Shown piece after piece: positions 8,484 to 17,197 of a DNA stretch of 64,000 nucleotides. Position 1 is the first letter of the stretch; each line of letters opens with the position of its first letter. The DNA is from Alphaproteobacteria bacterium (GTDB lineage: Bacteria > Pseudomonadota > Alphaproteobacteria > GCA-2731375), in the NCBI GenBank assembly GCA_016776605.1, contig JADHTB010000022.1, forward strand, positions 714 through 64,713. Reading direction: 5' to 3'. A model generated the notes under the pieces. That model saw only the letters and a list, made by a program, of their open reading frames with translations. It was not told the DNA's origin and made no database searches. A program made the position numbers and the translations under genes.

Positions 8484-9652
8484 TGTACTAGAATCTCCGC
8501 TTGCAGGGCGCCGGCCGCCTTGATGGTTTGCAGGATTGCGATCAGATCACGGGGACCGACCCCAAGGGCGTTCAAGCCATCGACCAGATCGCGCAGGCTG
8601 ACGCCGGGCGTCAACATGGTCAGGCGTTTGTCGCTGCCATCGTCAATTTCGATATCGCTGCGGGCCACGGTTGTGGTTTCACCGGCCGAGGCAAGGGCGC
8701 CTGGTTGGGAAACCTGCGGGGCCTCGCTCACTCGTACGGTCAGATTGCCTTGGGCCACGGCTACTTCGCTGACCCGCACACCGCCGCCCATGACGATGAT
8801 GCCCGAGGCCTCGTCGATCACGACGCGGGCTGTCTGATCCGGTTCGACCACCAATTGTTCGATTTCCACCAACAGATCGAATATCCGGCCTTTGTAGTCG
8901 ACGCCGGGAACCAGATCGATGGTCGTGGAGTCCATTGCCGTGGCTATCTGGCGGCCGAAATGGGTGTTGATGGCCTGGGATACGCGGCGCGCGGTGGTCA
9001 AATCGGGATTGCGCAGGGCGATAGACGAGGTTTCCAGCGATGCCAAACTAAAGGGTACTTCGCGCTCGATAATGCCGCCATTGGAAATGCGGCCCCCGGT
9101 GGGGACACCCTGGGTCACCGTGCCGCCTTCACCCTCGGCGACATAGCCGCCGATGGCTACCGGTCCCTGAGCCACGGCATAGACTTCACCATCCGCGCCC
9201 AACATTGGCGTAACCAACAGCATGCCGCCCTGCAGATTGGAGGCATCGCCCATGGTAGAAACCACCACGTCCAAGCGTGTGCCTACCCGGGAAAAGGCGT
9301 GCAGACTGGCGGTGACCATCACGGCGGCCACATTCTTAGTATTCAGGCTGGCATCACGGGTATTGACGCCCATGCGCTCCAGCATGGCTTCCAGGCTCTG
9401 TTTCGTGAAAGGTGAGTTGCCTAGTCTGTCGCCGGTACCGTTCAGGCCGACGACCAGACCGTAACCAATCAACAGGTTGTCACGAATACCCTGGAAATCC
9501 GCTATATCCTTAATTCGTGAAGCTGCCGAGGCGGAATATCCGGTGGCGGTAGCCAGCAATCCGATGATACCCAGAAAGGCGCCCAGCCAGGCTGTGCCGT
9601 GTCGCTGAGTCGGATGGTTGTAATTTTTGAACATTTTTGCCGCGACCCGCAT
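8480..9652 (-). CDS. flgI: Flagellar P-ring protein FlgI
   Basis: 390 aa with a signal peptide. RIKDIADFQGIRDNLLIGYGLVVGLNGTGD and C-terminal LNALGVGPRDLIAILQTIKAAGALQAEI. Confidence 0.95.
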   Translation of the reverse strand: MRVAAKMFKNYNHPTQRHGTAWLGAFLGIIGLLATATGYSASAASRIKDIADFQGIRDNLLIGYGLVVGLNGTGDRLGNSPFTKQSLEAMLERMGVNTRDASLNTKNVAAVMVTASLHAFSRVGTRLDVVVSTMGDASNLQGGMLLVTPMLGADGEVYAVAQGPVAIGGYVAEGEGGTVTQGVPTGGRISNGGIIEREVPFSLASLETSSIALRNPDLTTARRVSQAINTHFGRQIATAMDSTTIDLVPGVDYKGRIFDLLVEIEQLVVEPDQTARVVIDEASGIIVMGGGVRVSEVAVAQGNLTVRVSEAPQVSQPGALASAGETTTVARSDIEIDDGSDKRLTMLTPGVSLRDLVDGLNALGVGPRDLIAILQTIKAAGALQAEILVQ

Positions 9653-9707
9653 ACTCTCGAACCTGTCAAAATCATGAAGCGGCCCATACCGCGTTCAACC
9701 TTGATTA

Positions 9708-9723
9708 TGCGAGAAACATGCCA
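9708..9723 (-). promoter_or_regulatory. Sigma54 (-24/-12) promoter of the flgI operon
   Basis: The minus strand reads TGGCATgtttcTCGCA with correct GG/GC spacing, 56 bp upstream of ATG 9652. Confidence 0.7.
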
Positions 9724-9869
9724 ATTTACCGGATAATTTTATCTTTATAATTCATATAGTTAAGGTATCGGCGTTGAGAAATTCCGGGCCCTGTCGGAAA
9801 AATATGCCTAGCGTCGTGCGCTTTCTGCCGTGACGTTTTTGCCGCCATCAGAGGTTTGTCGGCGCGGGA

Positions 9870-9885
9870 TTAACGAAGTATTTAC
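9870..9885 (+). promoter_or_regulatory. Near-consensus CtrA box upstream of fliX
   Basis: TTAAcgaagtaTTTAC has one mismatch to TTAA-N7-TTAAC and lies 64 bp upstream of the fliX ATG. Confidence 0.4.
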
Positions 9886-9948
9886 GACGATTGAGCATGG
9901 TACAGGCCGTTGGTAAGGTTTTGGCCAGCCGGAAGGACTATTCCTGCT

Positions 9949-10380
9949 ATGAAAATTTCGGGCTCCGGATCCATCCGTTCAGGTGGTGCGCGCCGTGTTG
10001 AACGCAAAGGCGGCGCCAGCGGCGGGACGTTCCGCATAGAGGCGGGCGATGCGGCCGAAGCCGCGGGTCAGGCCCAGGCTACGGCATCCGTGGCTGGCGT
10101 GGGCTCTCTATTGGCGTTGCAGGAAATACCTGATGCCACCGAACAGCGCCGCCGGGCCGTGCAAAGAAGTGACGATATCCTTGATGAGTTGCATGAATTG
10201 CGCATTGGTCTGATGACTGGCAGTGTGCCGCGGCAACGCTTGCGGCGGCTCATGAAATTGCTGCGGGATCGGCCGGGTGGTTACGCGGATCCGCAATTAG
10301 ACAGCATTATTTCCCATATTGAGGTGCGCGCTGCGGTTGAACTGGCGAAACTGGAACTGACCGAAGCGGCCGGGAAATAG
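9949..10380 (+). CDS. fliX: Flagellar assembly regulator FliX
   Basis: ORF 9910..10380 with start MKISGSGS at 9949. LLALQE....EQRRRAV...DILDEL..L..G and C-terminal IEVRAAVELAKLE. Divergent from flgI, as in Caulobacter. Confidence 0.85.
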   Translation: MKISGSGSIRSGGARRVERKGGASGGTFRIEAGDAAEAAGQAQATASVAGVGSLLALQEIPDATEQRRRAVQRSDDILDELHELRIGLMTGSVPRQRLRRLMKLLRDRPGGYADPQLDSIISHIEVRAAVELAKLELTEAAGK

Positions 10381-10531
10381 TGGGCAGGCATTGCTATCTG
10401 TTGGGGTGAAAAGCCGGCTTGGCAGGAAAATAAATTATTTTGCCGAGGATTCTTGATGCCGAGGGACGAGATGTTTATATTCCGCTCCGTTCTACATACC
10501 TAATCCCATCAACAGTCCATGAGGCCGCTTC

Positions 10532-10951
10532 ATGTCGGAAGTCAAGCTTCCCAATAATTATCGACCTTCCGAAAAAGAAAAATTCATGAGCCCACGGCAA
10601 AAGGAATTTTTCCGGCAACGCCTGTCCAGCTGGCGTGACGAAATTCTGCGCGATGCCCAGGGCACCATCCAGAATTTGCAGGAAGACGATGGTCAGGCCC
10701 CTGATGTTGCCGACCGGGCGACGACGGAGTCTGAACGGTCCATTGAATTACGTACCCGCGACCGGCAACGGAAGCTGGTCAGCAAGATTGACGCCGCCCT
10801 GGGGCGGATCGAGGAAGGCAGCTATGGCTATTGCGACGATACGGGCGAGCCGATCAGCCTGAAGCGTCTGGAAGCCCGACCCATCGCTACCCTATCCATA
10901 GAAGCCCAGGAACGTCACGAGCGCCGCGAACGGTTGCACCGCGACGATTAA
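10532..10951 (+). CDS. dksA: RNA polymerase-binding transcription factor DksA (single-Cys variant)
   Basis: 139 aa. Coiled-coil tip DVADRA. The zinc-finger region reads GYCDDTGEPISLKRLEARPIATLSIEAQ, so only the first of the four canonical Cys remains. Confidence 0.9.
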   Translation: MSEVKLPNNYRPSEKEKFMSPRQKEFFRQRLSSWRDEILRDAQGTIQNLQEDDGQAPDVADRATTESERSIELRTRDRQRKLVSKIDAALGRIEEGSYGYCDDTGEPISLKRLEARPIATLSIEAQERHERRERLHRDD

Positions 10952-11008
10952 TGCCGGCTCAACGGGTCGCTATCGGCATATACTGGTGTAAAGCGGGAAG
11001 AAACGAAA

Positions 11009-11038
11009 ACAGGGGCCGGTGAATGAACCGGCCCCTGT
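11009..11038. terminator. Perfect 12-bp stem hairpin between convergent dksA and the flgH operon
   Basis: ACAGGGGCCGGTgaatgaACCGGCCCCTGT. On the minus strand it is followed by TTTCGTTTCTT, so it is the better terminator for the flgFGAH transcript. Confidence 0.65.
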
Positions 11039-11040
11039 AT

Positions 11041-11165
11041 TCCTAGATATTCTGTATGCCTGGATATTCCCCCGGAAGGAAAATGCTCAGATCTTTAGAA
11101 TTAGTGCAATTTTTCCAATCACTTAGAATCGCTTCGCAATTCTCATTAATTCGGAATTGCTCTAG
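11041..11165 (-). mobile_element. MITE family A copy (11079-11165, hairpin module truncated) fused to a family B-like relic (11041-11078)
   Basis: The minus strand reads TAGAGCAATTCCGAATTAATGAGAATTGCGAAGCGATTCTAAGTGATTGGAAAAATTGCACTAATTCTAAAGATCTGAGCATTTTCC, then diverges into GGGGGAATATCCAGG...CAGAATATCTAGG. The first TAG is the flgH stop. Confidence 0.85.
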
Positions 11166-11941
11166 AAGGGGAAGATGACGTCGAAGAGCTGCTGGCCGTA
11201 ACGCGGCTGTTGGACGTCCGTCAATTGGCCGGCGCCGCCGTAGGCGATCCGGGCCTCGGCAATCTGGGTGTGCTTGATGATATTGCTGGCGGAGATATCC
11301 TCCGGCCGCACGACGCCGGTAATCGTCAGGATACGCTTTTCAAAATTCACCCGAACTTCCTGGGTGCCCGAGATTACCAGATTGCCGTTGGGCAAGACCT
11401 GGGTGATGATCGCGGCGACCACAAGCTTGACGGATTCCGATCGGGCGATGGAGCCGGAGCCGGTGTGGCTTGACGCGCTGCCAAGGCTGGCCAGGCTGGC
11501 CGCAGAGGCTGCTTCCGGGAAAATCTTGCCCAACTTACTTTCATAACCCAGAAAATTGGTTAAATCCGAATCTTCCGAGGCGTCCCGTGTGCGGGAGGAT
11601 TCGTTGTCCAATGTGGCTTCATCGGCAATGGTGATATTGACGGTTAGAATGTCACCGATTTGCGCCGCCCGTTGATCCTTGAAAAAGGCCCGGGCGCCAG
11701 GCCGCCAAAGAGAGTTCGGTTCGTGCACCGCATGGCGTTCGCGCGGCATGGGCAAAACGACTGGTTGGTATTGCCGCGTCTGCACCGGATTTTGGATGGT
11801 GCTCAACGTTGGTTCGCCGCCAAGCGTGGTAATGCGGTCAACGACATTGCAAGCACCGAGCAGGAGCGCCGCGGCTGCGAGTGCGACAACGCGGTTCAGA
11901 TTTGATTTGCGGTAATGGGTGGTCATGACTTGAAATTCCAT
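11162..11941 (-). CDS. flgH: Flagellar L-ring lipoprotein FlgH
   Basis: 259 aa with lipobox LLLGAC. GDILTVNITI...NGNLVISGTQEVRVNFEKRILTITGVVRPEDI. TAATG overlap with the flgA stop. Confidence 0.93.
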   Translation of the reverse strand: MEFQVMTTHYRKSNLNRVVALAAAALLLGACNVVDRITTLGGEPTLSTIQNPVQTRQYQPVVLPMPRERHAVHEPNSLWRPGARAFFKDQRAAQIGDILTVNITIADEATLDNESSRTRDASEDSDLTNFLGYESKLGKIFPEAASAASLASLGSASSHTGSGSIARSESVKLVVAAIITQVLPNGNLVISGTQEVRVNFEKRILTITGVVRPEDISASNIIKHTQIAEARIAYGGAGQLTDVQQPRYGQQLFDVIFPF

Positions 11942-12894
11942 TATCTGGCCGCGGTCACGGCGATCTGCCGGAGTAAAGCTACGCGCACACGATCCGGACC
12001 GATGACGCTGGCTTCCAGCTTGCGTTTGCTTTTTACATTCATTATCTGGATGCTCTCGCCCAGGGAGCCGTCTTCCAAGGCTCGGCCGGCGCCGCTAAGG
12101 CTAATGCCGCCGCTTTGTAAAGTGATCCTGACCAAGGTGCCTTTGGCTATCATGATCGGGGTCCGCAAATTGGACTGCTTGATCGGCTGGTTTTGGCGTA
12201 GGTTCCGTTTGGCGGCAAGGCCAACCAGCTGCTCCATATGCTCGACGGCATCAGATCCCACCAGGCGCTGGCTAAGTTCCATCCATTTGACATCTCCGTC
12301 GGTGATTTTCTCGCCCTTGCGAATGGCGCGGCTGGCCACGGGCACCCGGGCTACGAAATCCACCCGGCCGCGCAACAACTGGCGCTGTCCGACGCCATTG
12401 GATCCGTCGCTTTCGATATAGGCACTGAACGGCCCGCCGTCACTGTTATGGGTTAGGTCTTCAATTCGCAATGCGCCGCCATCGAGCGGCCGCAACATGC
12501 CATTCCTGAGTTTGTTTAGCCGAATGATGACACGGCCTACCGCGCCTTTCTGGCGGAAATCTCGGCGCAGCAATGCGATGATTTCCGCTTCATCCACGAT
12601 TTCGCCACCGCGGCTTACGACCGCCCGGCTAACGCTGCTGGCCGGGCTCCACTTCAATCCATGTGCCCGGGCGATGGCAATCAGGTGTTTGGCCTTATAG
12701 GTAGCACGGCGTCCTGGCGCCGGGGCTGGGCCCACTTCCTCCCCGGCCAGGCTTTCGACGCCCGTAAACAGATCGCCCAAGGTGATGACATCATTTTCCG
12801 TGGTGGCCTGGGCGCGCAACCGCACCTGACCCAGGGCTGCCTGCGCAATTGCAGTCGCAGCCAAGAAAGTGACAATCGGGATTAAGCGTTTCAC
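11941..12894 (-). CDS. flgA: Flagellar P-ring assembly chaperone FlgA
   Basis: ORF 11941..12939. A GTG start at 12894 (VKRLIPIVTFLAATAIAQA signal peptide) follows a GGAG RBS, 11 nt after the flgG stop. C-terminal SAF-like region. Confidence 0.8.
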   Translation of the reverse strand: MKRLIPIVTFLAATAIAQAALGQVRLRAQATTENDVITLGDLFTGVESLAGEEVGPAPAPGRRATYKAKHLIAIARAHGLKWSPASSVSRAVVSRGGEIVDEAEIIALLRRDFRQKGAVGRVIIRLNKLRNGMLRPLDGGALRIEDLTHNSDGGPFSAYIESDGSNGVGQRQLLRGRVDFVARVPVASRAIRKGEKITDGDVKWMELSQRLVGSDAVEHMEQLVGLAAKRNLRQNQPIKQSNLRTPIMIAKGTLVRITLQSGGISLSGAGRALEDGSLGESIQIMNVKSKRKLEASVIGPDRVRVALLRQIAVTAAR

Positions 12895-12904
12895 AACATC
12901 ACTC

Positions 12905-13690
12905 CTATCTGAGGTTGGCCATGGTCCGCAGCATCTCATCCGAAGCGGTAATGACGCGGGAGTTCATCTCATAGGCGCGCTGCGCGGTAATCAGCGATGT
13001 AATTTCGGAGACCGCATTGACGTTCGAAGTTTCCAGGAAGCCTTGAAGGACGCTGCCATAGCCTGGGCTGCCTGGAACACTGAGGGCCGCCGCGCCCGAG
13101 GCGGGCGTCTCCATGAACATGTTGCCGCCCTTGGATTCCAGCCCGGCGTCGTTGAAGAATATCGCCAATTCCAACTGGCCAGCGACCGCGATGGCCGTGG
13201 AGCCGTCGGTCTTGATCCCAACTTCGCCATTGGCGTTAATGGTGACATCAATGGCGCCATTGGGAATGGTGATGCCTGGCGACACGACATAACCGTCGGT
13301 GGTCACCAGTTTCCCATCGGCGCCGACCTGAAACGAACCGGCGCGTGTGTAGGCATCCTCACCCGAGGGTAGAGTCACCTTGAAAAAACCCTTGCCCTGA
13401 ATAGCCAGGTCATAAGTGTTGTCGGTACTTTGCAGATTGCCCTGCTCGGAGATGCGATAGACAGCGGAGGTTTTGACGCCGGTGCCAACTTCGACGCCGG
13501 CTGGTACCACCGTGCCTGTATCCGATGACTGGGTGCCGCTGCGGCGCAGGTTCTGATACAGCAGATCCTGAAACTCGGCCCTCTGGCGGCGGAAACCGGT
13601 GGTGTTCATATTGGCAATGTTATTCGAAATAACTTCGACGTTTAGCTGTTGGGCCAACATGCCAGTCGCTGCGATACTTAAACTTCTCAT
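12905..13690 (-). CDS. flgG: Flagellar distal rod protein FlgG
   Basis: 261 aa. MRSLSIAATGMLAQQLNVEVISNNIANMNTTGF and C-terminal GFLETSNVNAVSEITSLITAQRAYEMNS. Confidence 0.95.
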   Translation of the reverse strand: MRSLSIAATGMLAQQLNVEVISNNIANMNTTGFRRQRAEFQDLLYQNLRRSGTQSSDTGTVVPAGVEVGTGVKTSAVYRISEQGNLQSTDNTYDLAIQGKGFFKVTLPSGEDAYTRAGSFQVGADGKLVTTDGYVVSPGITIPNGAIDVTINANGEVGIKTDGSTAIAVAGQLELAIFFNDAGLESKGGNMFMETPASGAAALSVPGSPGYGSVLQGFLETSNVNAVSEITSLITAQRAYEMNSRVITASDEMLRTMANLR

Positions 13691-13723
13691 CGTGGATATT
13701 CCTTATAACCAAACATGGCGGCG

Positions 13724-14443
13724 CTAGACGCGGCCCAAGGATTCAATGGCCTCGGTCGTCAGGTCACCGTCTTCCTGCATTAAATTGGCTGTCGATTGAT
13801 AAGACCGCGACAGGTCGATCATCTTGGTAATTTCCTTGATCGGGAGAACGTTCGAGGTCTCCAACATGCCCTGCATTACGGACACATCAAGAGGCGGGAT
13901 CTCCGTATCATCGGTTTTATACAGGCCGGAACCGATCGGACTTAAATTCTGTTCGTTTTCGAAGCTCACGATCGCCAGTTTGGCGAGGAGCCCTTGGCTG
14001 TTAGAGACGGAGCCATCCTTGGCAATCGTCAATGTGGGATCTTCGGGCGTAAGGACAATCGGCTGTCCCGCATCGTCCAAAATAGGGAATCCTTCATCGG
14101 TGACCAGTTGACCGATGGCATCCAGCCGCAGATTGCCGTTGCGTGAATAATACATCCCCGTATCGGTCTCGACCTTCATATAGCCGCCTTTGGTGATGGC
14201 CACGTCCATTGGGTTTTCCGTGGACTTGAACTCACCCTCGGACAAATCGCGCGAGGTACCATAGTCACGCACATAGGAGATGGTGTCGCCATCCGTTGTC
14301 TGTTCCAGATACTCTTCGAACAATACGCTTTCGGACTTGTATCCAGTGGAGCTCATATTCGACAGATTATTGGCGATGACCTCCATCTGGCGCTCCATGG
14401 CCATTTGGCGGGATAATGTGATGTAACCTGTTATTGCGGGCAT
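13724..14443 (-). CDS. flgF: Flagellar proximal rod protein FlgF
   Basis: ORF 13724..14551. Start MPAITGYITLSRQMAMERQMEVIANNLSN at 14443 follows an AAGAGG RBS. C-terminal GMLETSNV..IKEITKMIDLSRSYQ. Confidence 0.9.
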   Translation of the reverse strand: MPAITGYITLSRQMAMERQMEVIANNLSNMSSTGYKSESVLFEEYLEQTTDGDTISYVRDYGTSRDLSEGEFKSTENPMDVAITKGGYMKVETDTGMYYSRNGNLRLDAIGQLVTDEGFPILDDAGQPIVLTPEDPTLTIAKDGSVSNSQGLLAKLAIVSFENEQNLSPIGSGLYKTDDTEIPPLDVSVMQGMLETSNVLPIKEITKMIDLSRSYQSTANLMQEDGDLTTEAIESLGRV

Positions 14444-14509
14444 TCTTGCCTCTTTAAATCCGTTGTGGTTTTTGTGGATCGTGATCTCGTGTGTCGTCAG
14501 CCCTGTTGT

Positions 14510-14525
14510 TGCACGCGACGTGCCA
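14510..14525 (-). promoter_or_regulatory. Sigma54 (-24/-12) promoter of the flgF-G-A-H operon
   Basis: The minus strand reads TGGCACgtcgcGTGCA with correct GG-N10-GC spacing, 67 bp upstream of ATG 14443. Confidence 0.7.
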
Positions 14526-14699
14526 ACTTCCATGATTGGAGCAATTTTCAACCAATTGGAGTCGCTGGCCTGACTTAAGCGATTGATTTAAATTCTATAT
14601 TTTGAATAATCTGGGCACGCTTGGATAAATTGGGCGCTTGTGAAATCAATGAGTTGGCGATCAGTGATCCGCTCTGCTCCGGGCATTGGGGTCGGTCGT

Positions 14700-14726
14700 G
14701 GCAAGCTTTGCCCGGCAAAAAATGCC
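14700..14726. promoter_or_regulatory. Two abutting GGCA-N5-TGCC palindromes in the flgF/fliL divergent region
   Basis: GGCAagcttTGCC 14700-14712 and GGCAaaaaaTGCC 14714-14726. This is the same motif as upstream of the flagellin gene. Confidence 0.5.
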
Positions 14727-14839
14727 GATTTTGGCCATCTCATTTATAATGCAGGCACGGCTTCAACGCCTTGTTAACTAAACTTCCCTATTTTGCTGGC
14801 TTAGGATAGCCATTTTAAGCGGAAGAGTTAGGTGCGAGC

Positions 14840-15394
14840 ATGTCGGACGCGAATGTGGCCGAGACGGAAGACGTTGAAGGCAATGAAGAAGCCGAAGCTG
14901 AAGGCGAAGGTGGCGGAAAAAAGAAGCTATCGGGCAAGAAACTGGTCCTGTTCATCGCTTTGCCGTTAATTTTGATTTTACTCGGCGGCGGCGTTGGCGC
15001 CTTTTTTATGCTGTCGGGCGACGATGAACCGGGCGCGGCCGCGGCGCATGGCGAGGGCGGCGACGGGGAAGGGGAGCCAGGCAGTGCCACGGTCGTCTTT
15101 TATGATCTACCCGAAATGCTGGTCAACCTGAACGCGGGCGGCAAACGGGCAAGCTATTTAAAAATTACCGTTGCCCTTGAATTGGAGAATGCCGCGGCCG
15201 TGCCCAAACTGGAGGTGATCTTGCCACGGGTGGTGCACAATTTTCAGGTCTACCTGCGGGAGTTGCGCCTGGAAGATCTGAAGGGGTCGGCCGGCCTGCT
15301 GCGTTTGAAGGAAGAATTATTGATCCGGGTACAGCGGGCGGCGGGCGCGATCAAGATAAACGACGTTTTGTTCAAGGAAATGCTGGTGCAATAG
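14840..15394 (+). CDS. fliL: Flagellar basal-body-associated protein FliL
   Basis: 184 aa. Acidic N-terminus, one TM helix (LVLFIALPLILILLGGGVGAFF), then YLKITVALE...V..F..YLR.L..EDL..S.G...LKEEL. Confidence 0.9.
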   Translation: MSDANVAETEDVEGNEEAEAEGEGGGKKKLSGKKLVLFIALPLILILLGGGVGAFFMLSGDDEPGAAAAHGEGGDGEGEPGSATVVFYDLPEMLVNLNAGGKRASYLKITVALELENAAAVPKLEVILPRVVHNFQVYLRELRLEDLKGSAGLLRLKEELLIRVQRAAGAIKINDVLFKEMLVQ

Positions 15395-15430
15395 AAGGCC
15401 GATTGGATCGCTTTGCCGGCAGAGAGATTT

Positions 15431-15481
15431 TCAATAATTGGAGTCGTAAACGCGACTTAAGTAATTGGTTCAATTGCTCTA
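15431..15481 (+). repeat. Degenerate relic of the MITE family A right end in the fliL-fliM spacer
   Basis: GCGACTTAAGTAATTGGTTCAATTGCTCTA matches the consensus GCGATTCTAAGTGATTGGAAAAATTGCTCTA at about 25 of 31 positions. Confidence 0.5.
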
Positions 15482-15568
15482 TCTAAACAACCCCGAGCGC
15501 ATTTCGATTAACTGTGCGTTAGGGACCATGATCCAGGGGCATAACATAGAGCAGGGACGGGAGATAGT

Positions 15569-16690
15569 ATGGCTGAAGACGATGACGACGAAGAAGTAAA
15601 TGACGACGATGTCGCCGCCGAATGGGCTGCCATGGTCGATGACGACGACGGGGGCGATGACGACGATGCTGCCGCCGAATGGGCTGCCGCGGCCGATGGC
15701 GATGACGATGGCGATGCTTCCGGTGCTGTAAACCGGGTCCTTAACCAGGATGAAATTGATAGTCTTCTAGGCTTTGATGCCGATGGCGACGACGATGGGC
15801 AGCGCCTGGGTATCCGCGCCATTATCAACAGTGCCCTGGTCTCGTACGAACGCCTGCCAATGTTGGAGGTGGTATTTGACCGCTTGGTGCGGATGATGTC
15901 CACGTCATTGCGGAATTTTACCTCGGATAATGTGGAAGTTTCACTAGACAACATTACCTCTATTCGTTTCGGTGACTATCTGAATTCCATTCCCCTGCCG
16001 GCGATGTTGACGGTGTTCAATGCGGAAGAATGGGACAATTACGGGCTTTTGACCGTGGATTCATCGTTGATTTATTCAATTGTGGATGTCCTGCTTGGTG
16101 GCCGCCGCGGCACCGCGGCCATGCGTATCGAAGGTCGTCCCTATACCACCATCGAAATTTCATTGGTGGAGGAGATGGTACATGTGGTGCTGGCGGATTT
16201 AAGCGCTTCGTTTGAACCGTTGAGCCCTGTCAACTTCGTCTTTGACCGGTTGGAGACGAATCCACGCTTTGCCACCATTGCCCGCCCGGCCAACGCCGCC
16301 GTGTTGATCCGCCTGCGGATTGATATGGAGGACCGTGGCGGCCGTCTGGAGTTGTTGCTGCCCTATGCCACGTTGGAGCCGATCCGTGAATTGCTGCTGC
16401 AAATGTTCATGGGCGAGAAGTTTGGCCGCGATGCAATCTGGGAAAGCCATTTGGCCACCGAGCTTTGGAGCACGGATATCGTTGTCGAGGCAGTCTTGGA
16501 GGAGCAGTTTTTGACCATCGGCGAAGTCATGGATCTGGAAGTCGGCAGCACTATGATATTGAATTCAAGCACTGATTCATTGGTTCAACTGCGTTGCGGC
16601 GACGTTCCTCTGCTGCAAGGCAAGATGGGCCGGGTCGGTTCCCACGTTGCTGTCAATGTTACCGATAATTTGTCCAGCGAGGCGCGCTGA
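15569..16690 (+). CDS. fliM: Flagellar motor switch protein FliM with an acidic repeat-bearing N-terminal extension
   Basis: 373 aa. CheY-docking motif LNQDEIDSLLGF. FliM core ERLPMLEVVFDRLVRMM...; C-terminal SpoA-like LQGKMGRVGSHVAVNV. Confidence 0.93.
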   Translation: MAEDDDDEEVNDDDVAAEWAAMVDDDDGGDDDDAAAEWAAAADGDDDGDASGAVNRVLNQDEIDSLLGFDADGDDDGQRLGIRAIINSALVSYERLPMLEVVFDRLVRMMSTSLRNFTSDNVEVSLDNITSIRFGDYLNSIPLPAMLTVFNAEEWDNYGLLTVDSSLIYSIVDVLLGGRRGTAAMRIEGRPYTTIEISLVEEMVHVVLADLSASFEPLSPVNFVFDRLETNPRFATIARPANAAVLIRLRIDMEDRGGRLELLLPYATLEPIRELLLQMFMGEKFGRDAIWESHLATELWSTDIVVEAVLEEQFLTIGEVMDLEVGSTMILNSSTDSLVQLRCGDVPLLQGKMGRVGSHVAVNVTDNLSSEAR

Positions 16691-17127
16691 TGGATTTGTC
16701 GTCGGGAATGGGATTGTGGCTGGATGGCCTTGTTGCCATTCTGCTTGTGGTTACGGTCGGCTACTGCCTGATTTTGAACCGCCGGTTGACCGCGCTGCGG
16801 GCAAATCAGACGGAAATGAGGCAGTTGTTGTCGGAATTCACCGAGGCGACCCGGCAGGCTGAAATCAGCGTCAGCCATTTGAAAAATACCAGCGATCACA
16901 TTAGCAGTAGCCTGGGCGAAAGGATGACCGACGCCAGGGCGCTGGCGGACGAGTTAGGTTCAATAACGCAATCGGCGGGCCGGCTGGCGGACCGCATTGA
17001 AAATGGTCTGGCCGGTCGCTCCAGCCCGGGCCGGCAAGCGGCGCCGTCCGAGGGAAACCAGGAGGCATCTGCGAAGATGTCGGAATCGGAGCGGGAATTA
17101 GCGGAGATTTTGCGGCAAGCCCGTTGA
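16690..17127 (+). CDS. Membrane-anchored coiled-coil protein of unknown function, translationally coupled to fliM
   Basis: 145 aa. TGATG overlap with the fliM stop, one N-terminal TM helix (LWLDGLVAILLVVTVGYCLIL), then helical heptad-like sequence. Confidence 0.6.
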   Translation: MDLSSGMGLWLDGLVAILLVVTVGYCLILNRRLTALRANQTEMRQLLSEFTEATRQAEISVSHLKNTSDHISSSLGERMTDARALADELGSITQSAGRLADRIENGLAGRSSPGRQAAPSEGNQEASAKMSESERELAEILRQAR

Positions 17128-17197
17128 GCCGGGCATCCTGGGCCGGCGTATTACCGGTTTGGATGATGAATAATATTGGAATTATTAGGTGCGTGTA

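Noticed and set aside
8501-9415. 304-aa plus-strand ORF opposite flgI
   Set aside because: flgI on the minus strand is certain, and the antisense translation is Gly/His/Ala/Asp-rich with no family resemblance.
14699-14712. TGGCAAGCTTTGCC considered as a fourth sigma54 promoter
   Set aside because: The GG to GC spacing is two bases short of the -24/-12 rule. I interpret it as a GGCA-N5-TGCC palindrome (activator site) instead.
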